Source: Perkinsus chesapeaki ATCC PRA-425
Taxonomy: Eukaryota > Protista > Perkinsozoa
Direction of reading: 5' to 3'
Length of the DNA stretch: 53,583 bases
Assembly: GCA_013115145.1 (NCBI GenBank)
Contig: JAAPAO010000201.1
Coordinates: 1 to 53,583 of the forward strand
Positions 36,538-46,516 of this stretch are shown here, piece after piece. The notes beneath the pieces are model-generated. The model saw only the letters and a program-made list of their open reading frames with translations, was not told the DNA's origin and did no database searches. The first letter of the stretch is position 1. Each line of letters starts with the position of its first letter. The position numbers and the translations under genes are program-made.

Positions 36538-38175
36538 TTACCTTGAGCATTCACAAGGGGTATTGGTTCCGGAACAGACGCTTGGTACCTGCCAGTACTT
36601 ACAGTATGTGCCAGGATGCACAGAGTTGCAGAAGGCGTCACACTGAAGGTCCCCACCACCACCACAAGGCGTGGTCGTCGTCGTAGTGGTTGTAGTTGTA
36701 CCACATGGTTTAGTCGTAGATAAGGTCCTGGTTGTACTGTGAGTTTTTGTAGTATGAGCCGTCGTCGACGTATGTACCAAGGTAGTGGTTCCAGTACCGC
36801 ACGAACAAGGAAGATTGGTTCCACTGCACACACTAGGATCCTTATAGTACATACAGTAACTCCCGCTATGCATTGAGTCGCAGTATGCGTCACACACCAG
36901 ACCATTGCTGGTTGTACTAGTAGTAGAAGTAGTGGTACTGGTTGTACTAGTAGTAGAAGTAGTGGTACTGGTTGTACTAGTNNNNNNNNNNNNNNNNNNN
37001 NNNNNNNNNNNNNNNNNNNNNNNNNNNNNNNNNNNNNNNNNNNNNNNNNNNNNNNNNNNNNNNNNNNNNNNNNNNNNNNNGGTACTGGTTGTACTAGTAG
37101 TAGAAGTAGTGGTACTGGTTGTACTAGTAGTAGAAGTAGTGGTACTGGTTGTAGACGTTGCAGTGGAAGTAGTGGTACTGGTTATACTAGTAGTAGAAGT
37201 AGTGGTACTGGTTGTAGACGTTGCAGTGGAACACCAGCTATCATCCCATTCAACGAATCTGTTAGCGCCTGTTGTATAATCCCATACGATAAGGTCGCAT
37301 GAGTATCCTCTTAATGCGCCGGTTCCAGCATTAGTGATTTGGTTCATATTCGACCCAGCACCGCAGCCACCAACAACCAATTCTGACTTGCCAGCCGGAG
37401 AGTTCCACTTCCTTCTGTAAACCGCATCAGCACAGTCTCTATAGAAGATGTAACCATCGAGAACTTCAATGCCAAATTTACCAGTAGGGTTGAATGTGTA
37501 CTCATAGTTCCTGATACTAGATCCGATATCCCAGCTAACAACAATATTGTCTCGACCACCAGTCTGAACAATGTACAGGGTATTGCCTAGCTTTCGAATT
37601 CCAGCCGGCTTGTCCAACTTCTTCGAATAGTCGCCTTGTCCAGCAATAATAACATCTCCATCCCACCAGAGGCTCCTTCTCACGAACCGGCAAATCTTGT
37701 CGTTCTTCGAGTCGCTGGCATACAATACTCCCTCAGCGTCGTCGTAGAAGAGACCACTCCAAGTCTTGAAAAAGGAGCCCGACTGAACCACCTCGATCAA
37801 ATTTCCATCGACTGTACTATAAAGCTTGATACAGTTATCCACAATAGCAAAGATACCAGACCCATCAGCCTTAACAGCAATAGAATCGGCTTTATCATGT
37901 AGTAGAGTAGTCCGAACTGAACCATCAGCGGTAACCTTCCACAACTGATACTCACGCTCGTCCAAATCCTTAGCTGATATATACCAGTTGTGAGCCGCAT
38001 CAAAGTCATAGTCAATCATATCAACACCACCAGCAGGGAGGAACTCAGGTCCCATAGTGGCACGATTGTAAACTTCTAGAGCTTCATTATTATCGCACCA
38101 CGATGATGGATGACCGAGTACACTAGTGAAGACAGTTGCGAGAACTGGAAGCAGGGTTAAAAACGACTGGACCAT
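36538..38175 (-). CDS. Secreted NHL beta-propeller + Thr/Ser mucin stalk + two Cys-rich modules, copy 2 (spans an N gap)
   Basis: Paralog of 33803..35420 with the same architecture: signal MVQSFLTLLPVLATVFTSVLG, 10-aa STT repeats, and CDAYCDSMHSGSYC.. and CDAFCNSVHPGTYC.. modules. Confidence 0.9.
   Translation of the reverse strand: MVQSFLTLLPVLATVFTSVLGHPSSWCDNNEALEVYNRATMGPEFLPAGGVDMIDYDFDAAHNWYISAKDLDEREYQLWKVTADGSVRTTLLHDKADSIAVKADGSGIFAIVDNCIKLYSTVDGNLIEVVQSGSFFKTWSGLFYDDAEGVLYASDSKNDKICRFVRRSLWWDGDVIIAGQGDYSKKLDKPAGIRKLGNTLYIVQTGGRDNIVVSWDIGSSIRNYEYTFNPTGKFGIEVLDGYIFYRDCADAVYRRKWNSPAGKSELVVGGCGAGSNMNQITNAGTGALRGYSCDLIVWDYTTGANRFVEWDDSWCSTATSTTSTTTSTTSITSTTTSTATSTTSTTTSTTSTTSTTTSTTSTTSTXXXXXXXXXXXXXXXXXXXXXXXXXXXXXXXXXTSTTSTTTSTTSTTSTTTSTTSTTSNGLVCDAYCDSMHSGSYCMYYKDPSVCSGTNLPCSCGTGTTTLVHTSTTAHTTKTHSTTRTLSTTKPCGTTTTTTTTTTPCGGGGDLQCDAFCNSVHPGTYCKYWQVPSVCSGTNTPCECSR
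36909..37229. repeat. 30-nt coding tandem repeat (TGGTTGTACTAGTAGTAGAAGTAGTGGTAC)n encoding a Ser/Thr stalk
   Basis: Perfect and variant units on both sides of the N gap. Confidence 0.95.
36982..37080. other. Assembly gap (N run)
   Basis: Run of N inside the 30-nt repeat. Confidence 0.99.
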
Positions 38176-38287
38176 TATACACCTTAGAAACTAAAAACCT
38201 GCGAGAACAGTAGAGACACTAGGGACTACACATCGAATAACCGATATTGAGAACTGATGACAACTCATGAACAATGAGTTGCTAGAA

Positions 38288-38343
38288 TCTAGCACTCGAG
38301 GCTAGAGCTAACCATTCCTTGAGCAGCATGTCTCCTTTGTGTC
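38288..38343. promoter_or_regulatory. Conserved upstream non-coding block of NHL copy 2
   Basis: Homologous to 35534-35589 at nearly identical spacing from the start codon. Confidence 0.4.
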
Positions 38344-39236
38344 GCGAAATCGTCGTAACTTCTAGTGTAGTAGGGAACACTCCCAGTCTTCCACTTGAAC
38401 GTGTATTGCTTATCTACGGAAAATAGCTAATCCTGATGGAAGTAATCTGATAGAGGAGCATAGGGATGTCTTGGGATGCAGTTATTCTCAAGTGCAACCG
38501 GAAGGTCGCGCTGGTATACCTCAAGCAGATCTGGCGTCTGCTTTGCACTAAGGATGCTGTTGTCACTCTTGAAGTTCAAGATTTTCAAAGGGGGCTCTGA
38601 AGAATCTTCTCATTCTTGAGGCCCAGCTGGAGAAGATACCATAACTGGGGAGCAAACGCACGTGTCCTGCGGACCGTAACTTAGTTGAAGTAGGAAACCT
38701 GGTTCCCGAGACCATCATATGCCTCTTGTGATAAGAGCCTAATCTTGCGAGTCGTCCAGGCTTCGAGACGCGCTCAATCCGATGCAAAGAGGACGAGGAG
38801 TAAAAGTTCCTTGACGAGGAACAAGTATAAACTCGGGTTGATGACGATGCGCAGAGTGGATCATCACCCGATGAGCACTTTTAACGAAACTACGAACTCT
38901 GAACCTTGATAACATGCCAAGGCTCGACCCAACGGACGAGCACTGATTGGCTCCAATGGAGCACCTCATCGCGACCACTCTTATATCATATGAATGATCA
39001 AGTATCATACCCGTTCACCAAGGTCCAAGCTGCTAGTGACAATGCTGTTAGTGATTGTGCTAGTATTGACCACACGTTCGTCTCGGGTTTCCTATGTATG
39101 AGTTTCACGAACACGAAATGGTTCTCATGTTATTGAAAAAAGATTAAAAATTTAATTAGCGATTGATGGGCAATCGCGTCGTTACCGTAATAATGTGAGT
39201 AACGACCAGATACCTTGGGCTCAGCACATGGTTTGA

Positions 39237-40176
39237 CTAGGGCTGCTTGCTCTTGGTAGTAGTAATAATCGCAGCTGAGCACCATCTATCGTCCCATTCG
39301 ACAAATCTATTAGCCCCAGGAGTAAAGTCCCAAACGATAAGATCACATTTTTCCGAGTATACTCTTAATGCGCCTGTTCCAGCATTAGTGATCTGGTTCA
39401 CATTCGACCCAGCACCGCAGCCACCAACAACCAATTCTGACCTGCCAGCTGGGGAGTACAAACTCTTCTTGTAAACGGCATCATCACCACCTCTGTAGAA
39501 GATGTAACCATTCCAAACATCGATACCAAATTTACCAGTGGGGCTGAATGAGAATTTGAAGTTCCTTTTATTAGAACCAATATCCCAGCTAACCACTGTG
39601 TTATCTCGGCCACCCGTCTGAACGATATACAGGGTACTGCCGAACTTACGGATACCGGCAGGCTGATCCAGTTTACTCGAGCCATTGCCTTGCCCAGAAA
39701 CAACGACGTCACTGTCCCAAGAGATGAACGAGCGTCTAACAAAGCGATAAACCATGTTATTCTCCGAATCAGTTGCATACAGGGCCGTCTCGTAATCATC
39801 GTAGTAAAGACCGCTCCAGGTATGACTCAATATATCGTCCGCGTCGTCGATCCAGTCGTCGATCCATAACAGCTATAGAGTCAGCTTTACCGCTCAGTAG
39901 AGTTAATCGGGAGGAACCATCAGCAACCACCCTCCATAGCTTATACTCGCCCAGAGACAGATCTTTACCAGATATAATCCAGTTACCATACTTATCGAAG
40001 GCATAGTCAATCATATCAATCCCACCATCAGGAAGGAAACCGGCCCACCCAGAAACGCCACCGTAAACTCTCTCAGCCTCGTTGTTATCACACCACGATG
40101 ATGGACGTCCAAGTACACTAGTTGTGGGGACGCTAGCCAGAATTACGAGTAGAACGAGTGACTGCCGGCGGACCAT
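39237..40176 (-). pseudogene. NHL beta-propeller paralog, copy 3: internal deletion with frameshift, no stalk or Cys modules
   Basis: Signal peptide and the first blades (MVRRQSLVLLVILASVPTTSVLGRPSSWCDNNEA...GKADSIAV) are in one frame; the rest (HTWSGLYY...FVEWDDRWCS) is in another. About 24 codons present in copies 1 and 2 are missing at a junction carrying a 12-nt tandem duplication (39843-39866). No GT-AG pair I found restores the frame. Confidence 0.75.
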
Positions 40177-40431
40177 AGCAGTGTTACGATATCGATGTTT
40201 CATTTATTATAATAATATACCTTGGGGGAAGGGAAAACCTGAGGACCGAGAGAAACTCGATTGCGAGCCTACACAAACGAATAATTACTGAGCTCGGACA
40301 ATGAAGTTAGAGCGATGAATTGCTAAGGTCTGGCAGTACAGGGTAGGAACAAAGAGCAGGAGATACTAAAATCGACGGGGTAAGAGTATTCGATCGCGCC
40401 TTCCAAAAATAAATGCATACAGTTAGTCCTC

Positions 40432-40520
40432 TCTAAAAGGGACGTTGCTCTTTGCAACACCCTTTCTAAAAGGGACGTCGCTCTTTGCAACACCCTTTCT
40501 AAAAGGGACGTCGCTCTTTG
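40432..40520. repeat. 33-nt tandem repeat (about 2.7 copies) with an internal hairpin
   Basis: Unit TCTAAAAGGGACGTYGCTCTTTGCAACACCCTT at 40432, 40465 and 40498 (partial), followed by a CTCTTTG micro-duplication. Confidence 0.95.
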
Positions 40521-40900
40521 CTCTTTGCTCTGCCTCGGGTACGATTATTGGTTGCAATGCTGCGCCTTCAACCCGCCTGATCGGTCACAAAAGTCCAGAG
40601 CCGAGCGTTAGAACCGTTGCTCCATCGTAATGGAAGCTAAGCGTAAAATGCATTGTACTATAGGGATTCGTCGAGTTCAGGTTGTATAGGATGATCTACG
40701 CCATATATCGTATTGCTACGTGTGAATCTTTTCCAGCTTACTCAGTGAGTGACTGACTGCGTGCAAACTGACTTACTAACACAACACACACTGTACATCG
40801 ATCTGCACGGGCACTTTTCAAGAAGTGGAGGAACCAGAAGTAAAGGAGATTAGTAATCATAATAGAACAGGTAAGATCAAGCAAGCAACCGACAGCAGAC

Positions 40901-43092
40901 TTAAAGCAGGTGACTCTTCTCGAGATGTCGGAACTTCCGATACACTGCAACGCCAACACTGATGATAGCAATAAGACATGCAACGGCGAGCCAAACTGAA
41001 CAAAGGACAATAATGGACAGAATACAAGCCGAATGGAGTTGGCCTTACGGAGAGTATTTCCTGAGCTTCTTAGTTCATCCTTCATCTTCTGCGCCTTCCG
41101 CTGAACTTCGGCGAGTGATGACGATCCAGGATTCGAATTCTACAAAAATAGGGTTAAGGAAAGCGCACTGAGAGCCGTGCCCACCATGGTAGCCAAGCCT
41201 TCTTCCAACATATCGAGATCGCGCTGCCTGCCACGTCTGGAGTCCGCTGCCTGGACAAAGACCGCATCGATTTAGCCCAATGGACAACGGAGGTTACCTC
41301 TCGGGAAATGTCCATAAGATCTTGTTTCATATTCCTGAACTGCTCTGCCATATCAACATTGCCGCTCACTTCAATATCCCGCTGCAGGCGATCAAGAGTT
41401 TGCTTCAGCGTTTCGGTCCTCGCCTAAACAACACGACGATGACGTCAAGAAGGTGACCAGGTAAGCAGCAGCTACCTGCAGTTCCTTCATTCCTTGCTCG
41501 GTTCTCCAACGCAATGGCTCCAGCTCGGTGATAATTTTATACGCAGTTAGTTTCAAGTCGTTCAACGAAGAAGCCATTCTTTCTGGTGTACCTTGGCAGG
41601 GGAAGTAACGAATAGGAAAACAGTATCGAGAGCTACCATCCAAAGCCCTCTCAAGGATGGGATCAGGACGGGCGTTGAAATCGAAGGCCTCGGGAACCGA
41701 CTCGGGATCCTCTCCTCTGATTCAATAGCTGCAGATGGCAAATGAGATTTCTCCTACCTCTGGCCTGGATCGTAGTTGACCACAGTAAGAGTGTTCAGAT
41801 TCACTTGGTCAACATGATTAATAATCTGACCCCCGACTGGCACCACCATCGAGGTGATGCCAATGTACCTAAAGCACTTGTGTCACATCCAGAACAATAG
41901 GAGACTTACCCATTAGGTCGAATCCTAAACTTAGGATCGGTGATTTGGTAGTTGATCAGAGGCGTCCAAGGGTCCGCGTCCTGAACCACATCCGATGCCA
42001 ACACGCAGTGCTGCTCCCCTCACCGCAAATCGACCCTGCACGTTTACGGACTCTGGCTGTACTCTGATCTGTATGGTGAGTCTTCGGTTCCTGTAGTCCC
42101 AAAAGGAACCGTAACCTGACAGGGCAGCCGCCGTTTATCTTCCACGGAGCTAGAGGATTCGTTACCGGTCGGCAAATCGACCTGGCGATTGTATATGAGG
42201 CTTCCGTCGTCCATGGCCAGCGAGGCGCTTGGTTGTAGTTCCATCCTTCCATCGACGAAACGGTTGTTCGGGAAGAATATGGCGAGGCCGTTGAAGTTAC
42301 TTTTGTAACCCATCAGACCCAAACCTAAACAAGGGAAGCCGAAACTACCACACGGGAGTCCCGTGACGGGACAGACGACATTGACATATGTTGACGATTC
42401 GCTCGAGAATATCATTTATTTTCAGCCTACGGAAGGCTGGGATATGCACCTTTTGAGGAGCTTCCATCCACGAGCCGCTCCCCTGAGCTCGTTTTCGTAA
42501 TCAGTTCACTTATATACTTATTCTAGCAACAAGTATGAGTTGGGTAGCTTACCAGCCTTCTCGAGATCCTCTACACAGTGGTCTCGGCAGCTAAGCACTT
42601 CCCTGGGGTACTGAGTCGACGGGTCATCATATACATACCAGAAGGCGAAACCCTAATCAATGAATGATGAAAGGCTGCCGATGTGGAAGAACCACCTGCT
42701 CGTGCTTCGGGTCCGATCCGTCCGGAGGATTCTTGAGATCGAGCGTGAACGTTGCCTCGAAGTTGTCGGTTCGCAATGGGGACCTGCCGACGATGATGTA
42801 GCCCTACCGACCGCAACTAGCCGAGCACCTGTGCCACATGGCCCCGAATCTATCGGGCACCCTCGGTACAAGAGGAACATAGTCCCCCTCAGAGACACAG
42901 GTTCCCATAGTATTCCAGCGCTCGTTGAAGAGCCTCTGGTCCACAGCCTGCCATGGCGCTACTGAGGGCAAGCCTAACAGCACTAAACCCTACCTGATTG
43001 AAAGAGTGGGACTGCAGTTGCACTTGCCCGTGGACGGGGGCGCTGAGGATAAGTAAGAGAGGAGCAACCAGTAGCAATCTTGGATTAGGCAT
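40901..43092 (-). CDS. L-type lectin cargo receptor of the ERGIC-53/VIP36 (LMAN) family, multi-exon
   Basis: Signal peptide MPNPRLLLVAPLLLILSAPVHG. Spliced exons read RWNTMGTCVSEGDYVPLVPRVPDRFGAMWH, LRTDNFEATF, GFAFWYV, LMGYKSNFNGLAIFF, AMDDGSLIYN and YIGITS, matching legume-like lectin motifs. Then a coiled-coil stalk, TM WLAVACLIAIISVGVAVY and tail RKFRHLEKSHLL-stop (40901). Confidence 0.85.
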
Positions 43093-43206
43093 TCCTATGC
43101 GATGTAAAAAACTGAGGGAACAATAAGATGGAAATTGAAAACACTCGAACTCAAGCCGAGTCAAACATCAGCCAAGGAACACCAGTGTATCGATGTAACA
43201 CGGTTG

Positions 43207-46174
43207 TCATGTACGTCTCGCAGCGCTAGATGCTGCGTGGGGCGTCGGCACCCGAACGACAACGGGAGGCCGCGGGACCGGACTCGCCGCCGTCTGCTGG
43301 CCTGCCATGAGGGTCTTGAAAGCCTTGGCGCTCGCTAGTAAAGGTTCGAACACATCTTCGATCAGCTTCCCATTGAGACCATCTAATAATGAACTAGCTC
43401 GGACCTTATGGCATTCATTGAAGATGAAGTAGGCGAGCATGCTCAAACCCTCCAAAGCAGCACTCGTTTGATTGCCGTTGATCAGGAGCCGTCTGACAAT
43501 GCCTATCCTGCTCTGGTACTGCCTACCGGCATACTCCTCACCAGGGTCACCAGAATGGACCAACGATCGAGCGTAACTCTCCAGCTCGAGAGCAGATAGA
43601 GCGCTATCGATCACTTCAATAATCTCAGCGTCGAGCTCCGACACGCCGACCATGGCTCTTCGACCGCCCACCTCCTTAGCGAAGTCGGCCAGGCCAACGT
43701 GAGAAGGTCCGTCTTCTCGTTCAAAGGTCCAGCCCATACCTCGGCCACCTGCAGCTGCCAGGCAGTCAACGTGACTCAAGCGGCCAGCGAAGTTTGCATC
43801 AGCATCGACATAAGCCACGGCAGCTTCCTGGACACTGCCCAGCTGAGGGCCTGTCAGACCCGCCAGCTCGCATGCCCAGCCGTCGAGCAATGCCTCGATC
43901 AGTCTTGCGCTGAACTCATCAGTAACTATACCAGCAGACCCAGAACAGTCCGACTTGGCCTTCCAGGCGTCCGCCGCTCTCACCGCAGTGGCAACAGAGT
44001 CCGCTACGCCCCCACTGAAAAGGTCCTGGGCAAGTTTGATTGCCGCTGTGGCCTTGGACGACCCCTTGTCCTGGAGATTATGTCGGTACTTGCTTCGTCG
44101 ACGCAGAAGCTCTCTAAAGTAGAGCATCATACGAAACTCCACAAACGGTCTGCGACCGGAAAGGAATTGCACAACCGTGGAGCATGTGCAGCATCGAGTA
44201 CCCAACGCTCCAGATGGGCTCCTTGGAGCGGCTTCTGCACCCTGCCACCGTAACAAGCTTTGGACCAGTTGCCAGGACCGCTCGGCAAGGACAGATGGAA
44301 CCCCATGCTGACGGCGTAGGAATGCCATCACATTGCAGCCTACCGACTCTGACGTGGATCGGCCTTCAGCTGCACTGAACTGGCCTGTGAGAGAGTCATA
44401 TAGCCGATTGATCAAGGCGTGCAGACCAGCGTGACCCAACAGTGCTTCCCGAGGAGACCGTCGAGCAGCAGCATCGACAGCGCCTCGTGGGGAAGCCTGT
44501 AAGAGAGAGAAGTCGATAAGATGCACGAAATCGCTGTTGAAAAGCTCATCGGCCTCGAGGTCCGTAGCAGGCTGGGGGTCACCACTGGCAGTCCCTTCCA
44601 CGGCACTGCCGTGGACGATATAACAACTTAGTTCAGTCGACTGGCTATCGCTGACAACACCCACACTTCTCGTGGAGGAAGGAAGAAGACATTCTGAGAC
44701 ATCGTTTGCCTCGATCGATGCGTCCAACATGGGCGGCTCGTCCGTTTGCGTGCCGGTGCAATCTGCCAGCTCATCAGCAGCTTGGACATCAGCGTCGGCA
44801 TAGGCACACTGGTCAGTCTGAGTACCCTCCTCCTCTATCAACAAGTCCTCCATATCCTTCATCTGTACCAAAAAGGGCAAGGCATCGTCCGCATTCCCCT
44901 CTAAGAAGGAGAGACAACCATCTTCAATGGCGGCATTGGCAGCGATAGCTCGCAGAGCACTGGCTAAGCTCTTAGGCAACGCATGCGCCAGGGTGTCGAT
45001 GACCTCTGGGCTCGCTAAGGCTTCAAGTAGGGCCTCGCAGGATGCCGCACACCGGCTACGCTCTCTCTCCACACCAACGAGAGTGTCCGTACTAACACCG
45101 ACATCACGGCCTCCTTTTTCACTGCACTCTTTTAGCCGGCGCGCCATTACCTTATTGTTGCTCACCTTGAGCCATTCAAGCTCGTCGTTAAGCTCTGCCT
45201 CTCGGCCCCGTAACGCCGCCTCAGTCACTTCAGCTCGACCCAAGTCGACCTCCAACTGATCTGTTCTCGCCTTCTCTGCGGTCAGATCCTTGTAGATCCT
45301 CTGCTCCCTCGCGGCGGCGGCCTGTTGTTCATGACGAAGCTCCACCGCTGCTGCTAGGAGCTGGGCATCCGCTTTAGACTGCAGACTGTCGGCCAACTTC
45401 CACAGCAGTTCTCCCCGCTCTCGACACTCCTCGCCGATATCTAACAACCGCACGATGGAGGTGAGAGAGTCGCCAAAAAGAGCAAGCGCCACAAAGTAAT
45501 GCGATAATTAATGGCACTGAACTGGTCGAACTGATGTGCGCTGTATTTATTATAGACGACACCTCGCAGACATGTCTGAGTTGCTCAGGATACCTGCTAA
45601 ACCTTTATACAGAGCTATACCAAACTTCTCAGGTATATTATTATTAGCGTCGATACGCAATCTCTTACCATAGCGATACCTTACATAGCTTGATACAATC
45701 CCTTACCTTCAGCGAGTTCGCCGAGGACCCGTATCGCCGCCCGCACCGCCGAGTGACTTTCAGCTAGACGATTCAGCAAAGAGAGCCCTGGAGAGGGGGA
45801 AGTATCCGCGTGGCCCTCGAGCTTCGAGATGAGTTGCAGCGCCTGCGGCGAGAGGAATGCGAAGATTCCACCACGGTCGACATACCCTCTTGCGTGCGCT
45901 CTCATATGGAATCGTCATCGTTTCCAATTCACACCAATCCTCGGCTCGAGCGCACAATAAATCATCAACATTTCTGCGGTAGGGCGACCGTGCCTGCCAG
46001 GGACAACACTGAACTCAGATTTCCGCGCCACCAGCCACCCCTCAGCACCTTGCCCTTTCTCCACTGCACACTAGCGCGATCGCCAGACGGGACCTCCGTC
46101 AGAGCACATAGCACTGTCTTGGTAATGTTACCGCTGCTGTGCTCCTCCAAGTCGAAGCGAGGCTGATGGGACAT
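43207..46174 (-). CDS. Uncharacterised coiled-coil protein with acidic repeats and a possible degenerate EF-hand
   Basis: A 2.2 kb final exon (acceptor near 45442) joins by a phase-1 intron to an exon ending AEG at about 45707; upstream ATG at 46174. N-terminal coiled coil, acidic TQTD repeats, FLRRQHGVPSVLAE segment, AYVDADANFAGRLS loop. Confidence 0.7.
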
Positions 46175-46516
46175 GCATCGAAAACTGGTAGAGTAGAGGG
46201 CGCCTCATGCCAAGCAACTCAATTCTGTGGGGCACCAGAGGCCCTCCGCAAACGAGAGGGCAAAAATGGGCAGATCGAAAAAGAAACAACTGATGGACTA
46301 TATGACGGCTCCTTGTAGAGTTTAGCTCTTCCTCAACTACTGAGTCTCAAACACGTCGGGGAGGAAAAGCGAATGAATCTTTTGCCTCCTATATTTCAGG
46401 GAGGGAGCTCTCCTGAACGCTAAGGCTAGTGATGACGCCTGTGTTGGCCTCCTCCCACTCCCGAGCTTCGATGCTTCCCCTGCTTGAAGTGAGGCAGTGT
46501 ATCGTAATTTGTAAGA

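Noticed and set aside
34200-37279. Val/Leu-rich plus-strand ORFs resembling membrane proteins (34200..34475, 36905..37279)
   Set aside because: They are antisense translations of the Thr/Ser tandem repeats.
38400-39150. Possible retrotransposon remnant between copies 2 and 3 (VLVRWVEPWHVIKV)
   Set aside because: Only a short vague resemblance to an integrase C-terminal motif, with multiple stops and no LTR, RT or integrase core.
40432-40520. CRISPR-like palindromic 33-nt repeat
   Set aside because: Units are directly head-to-tail with no spacers, there are no cas genes, and the context is eukaryotic.
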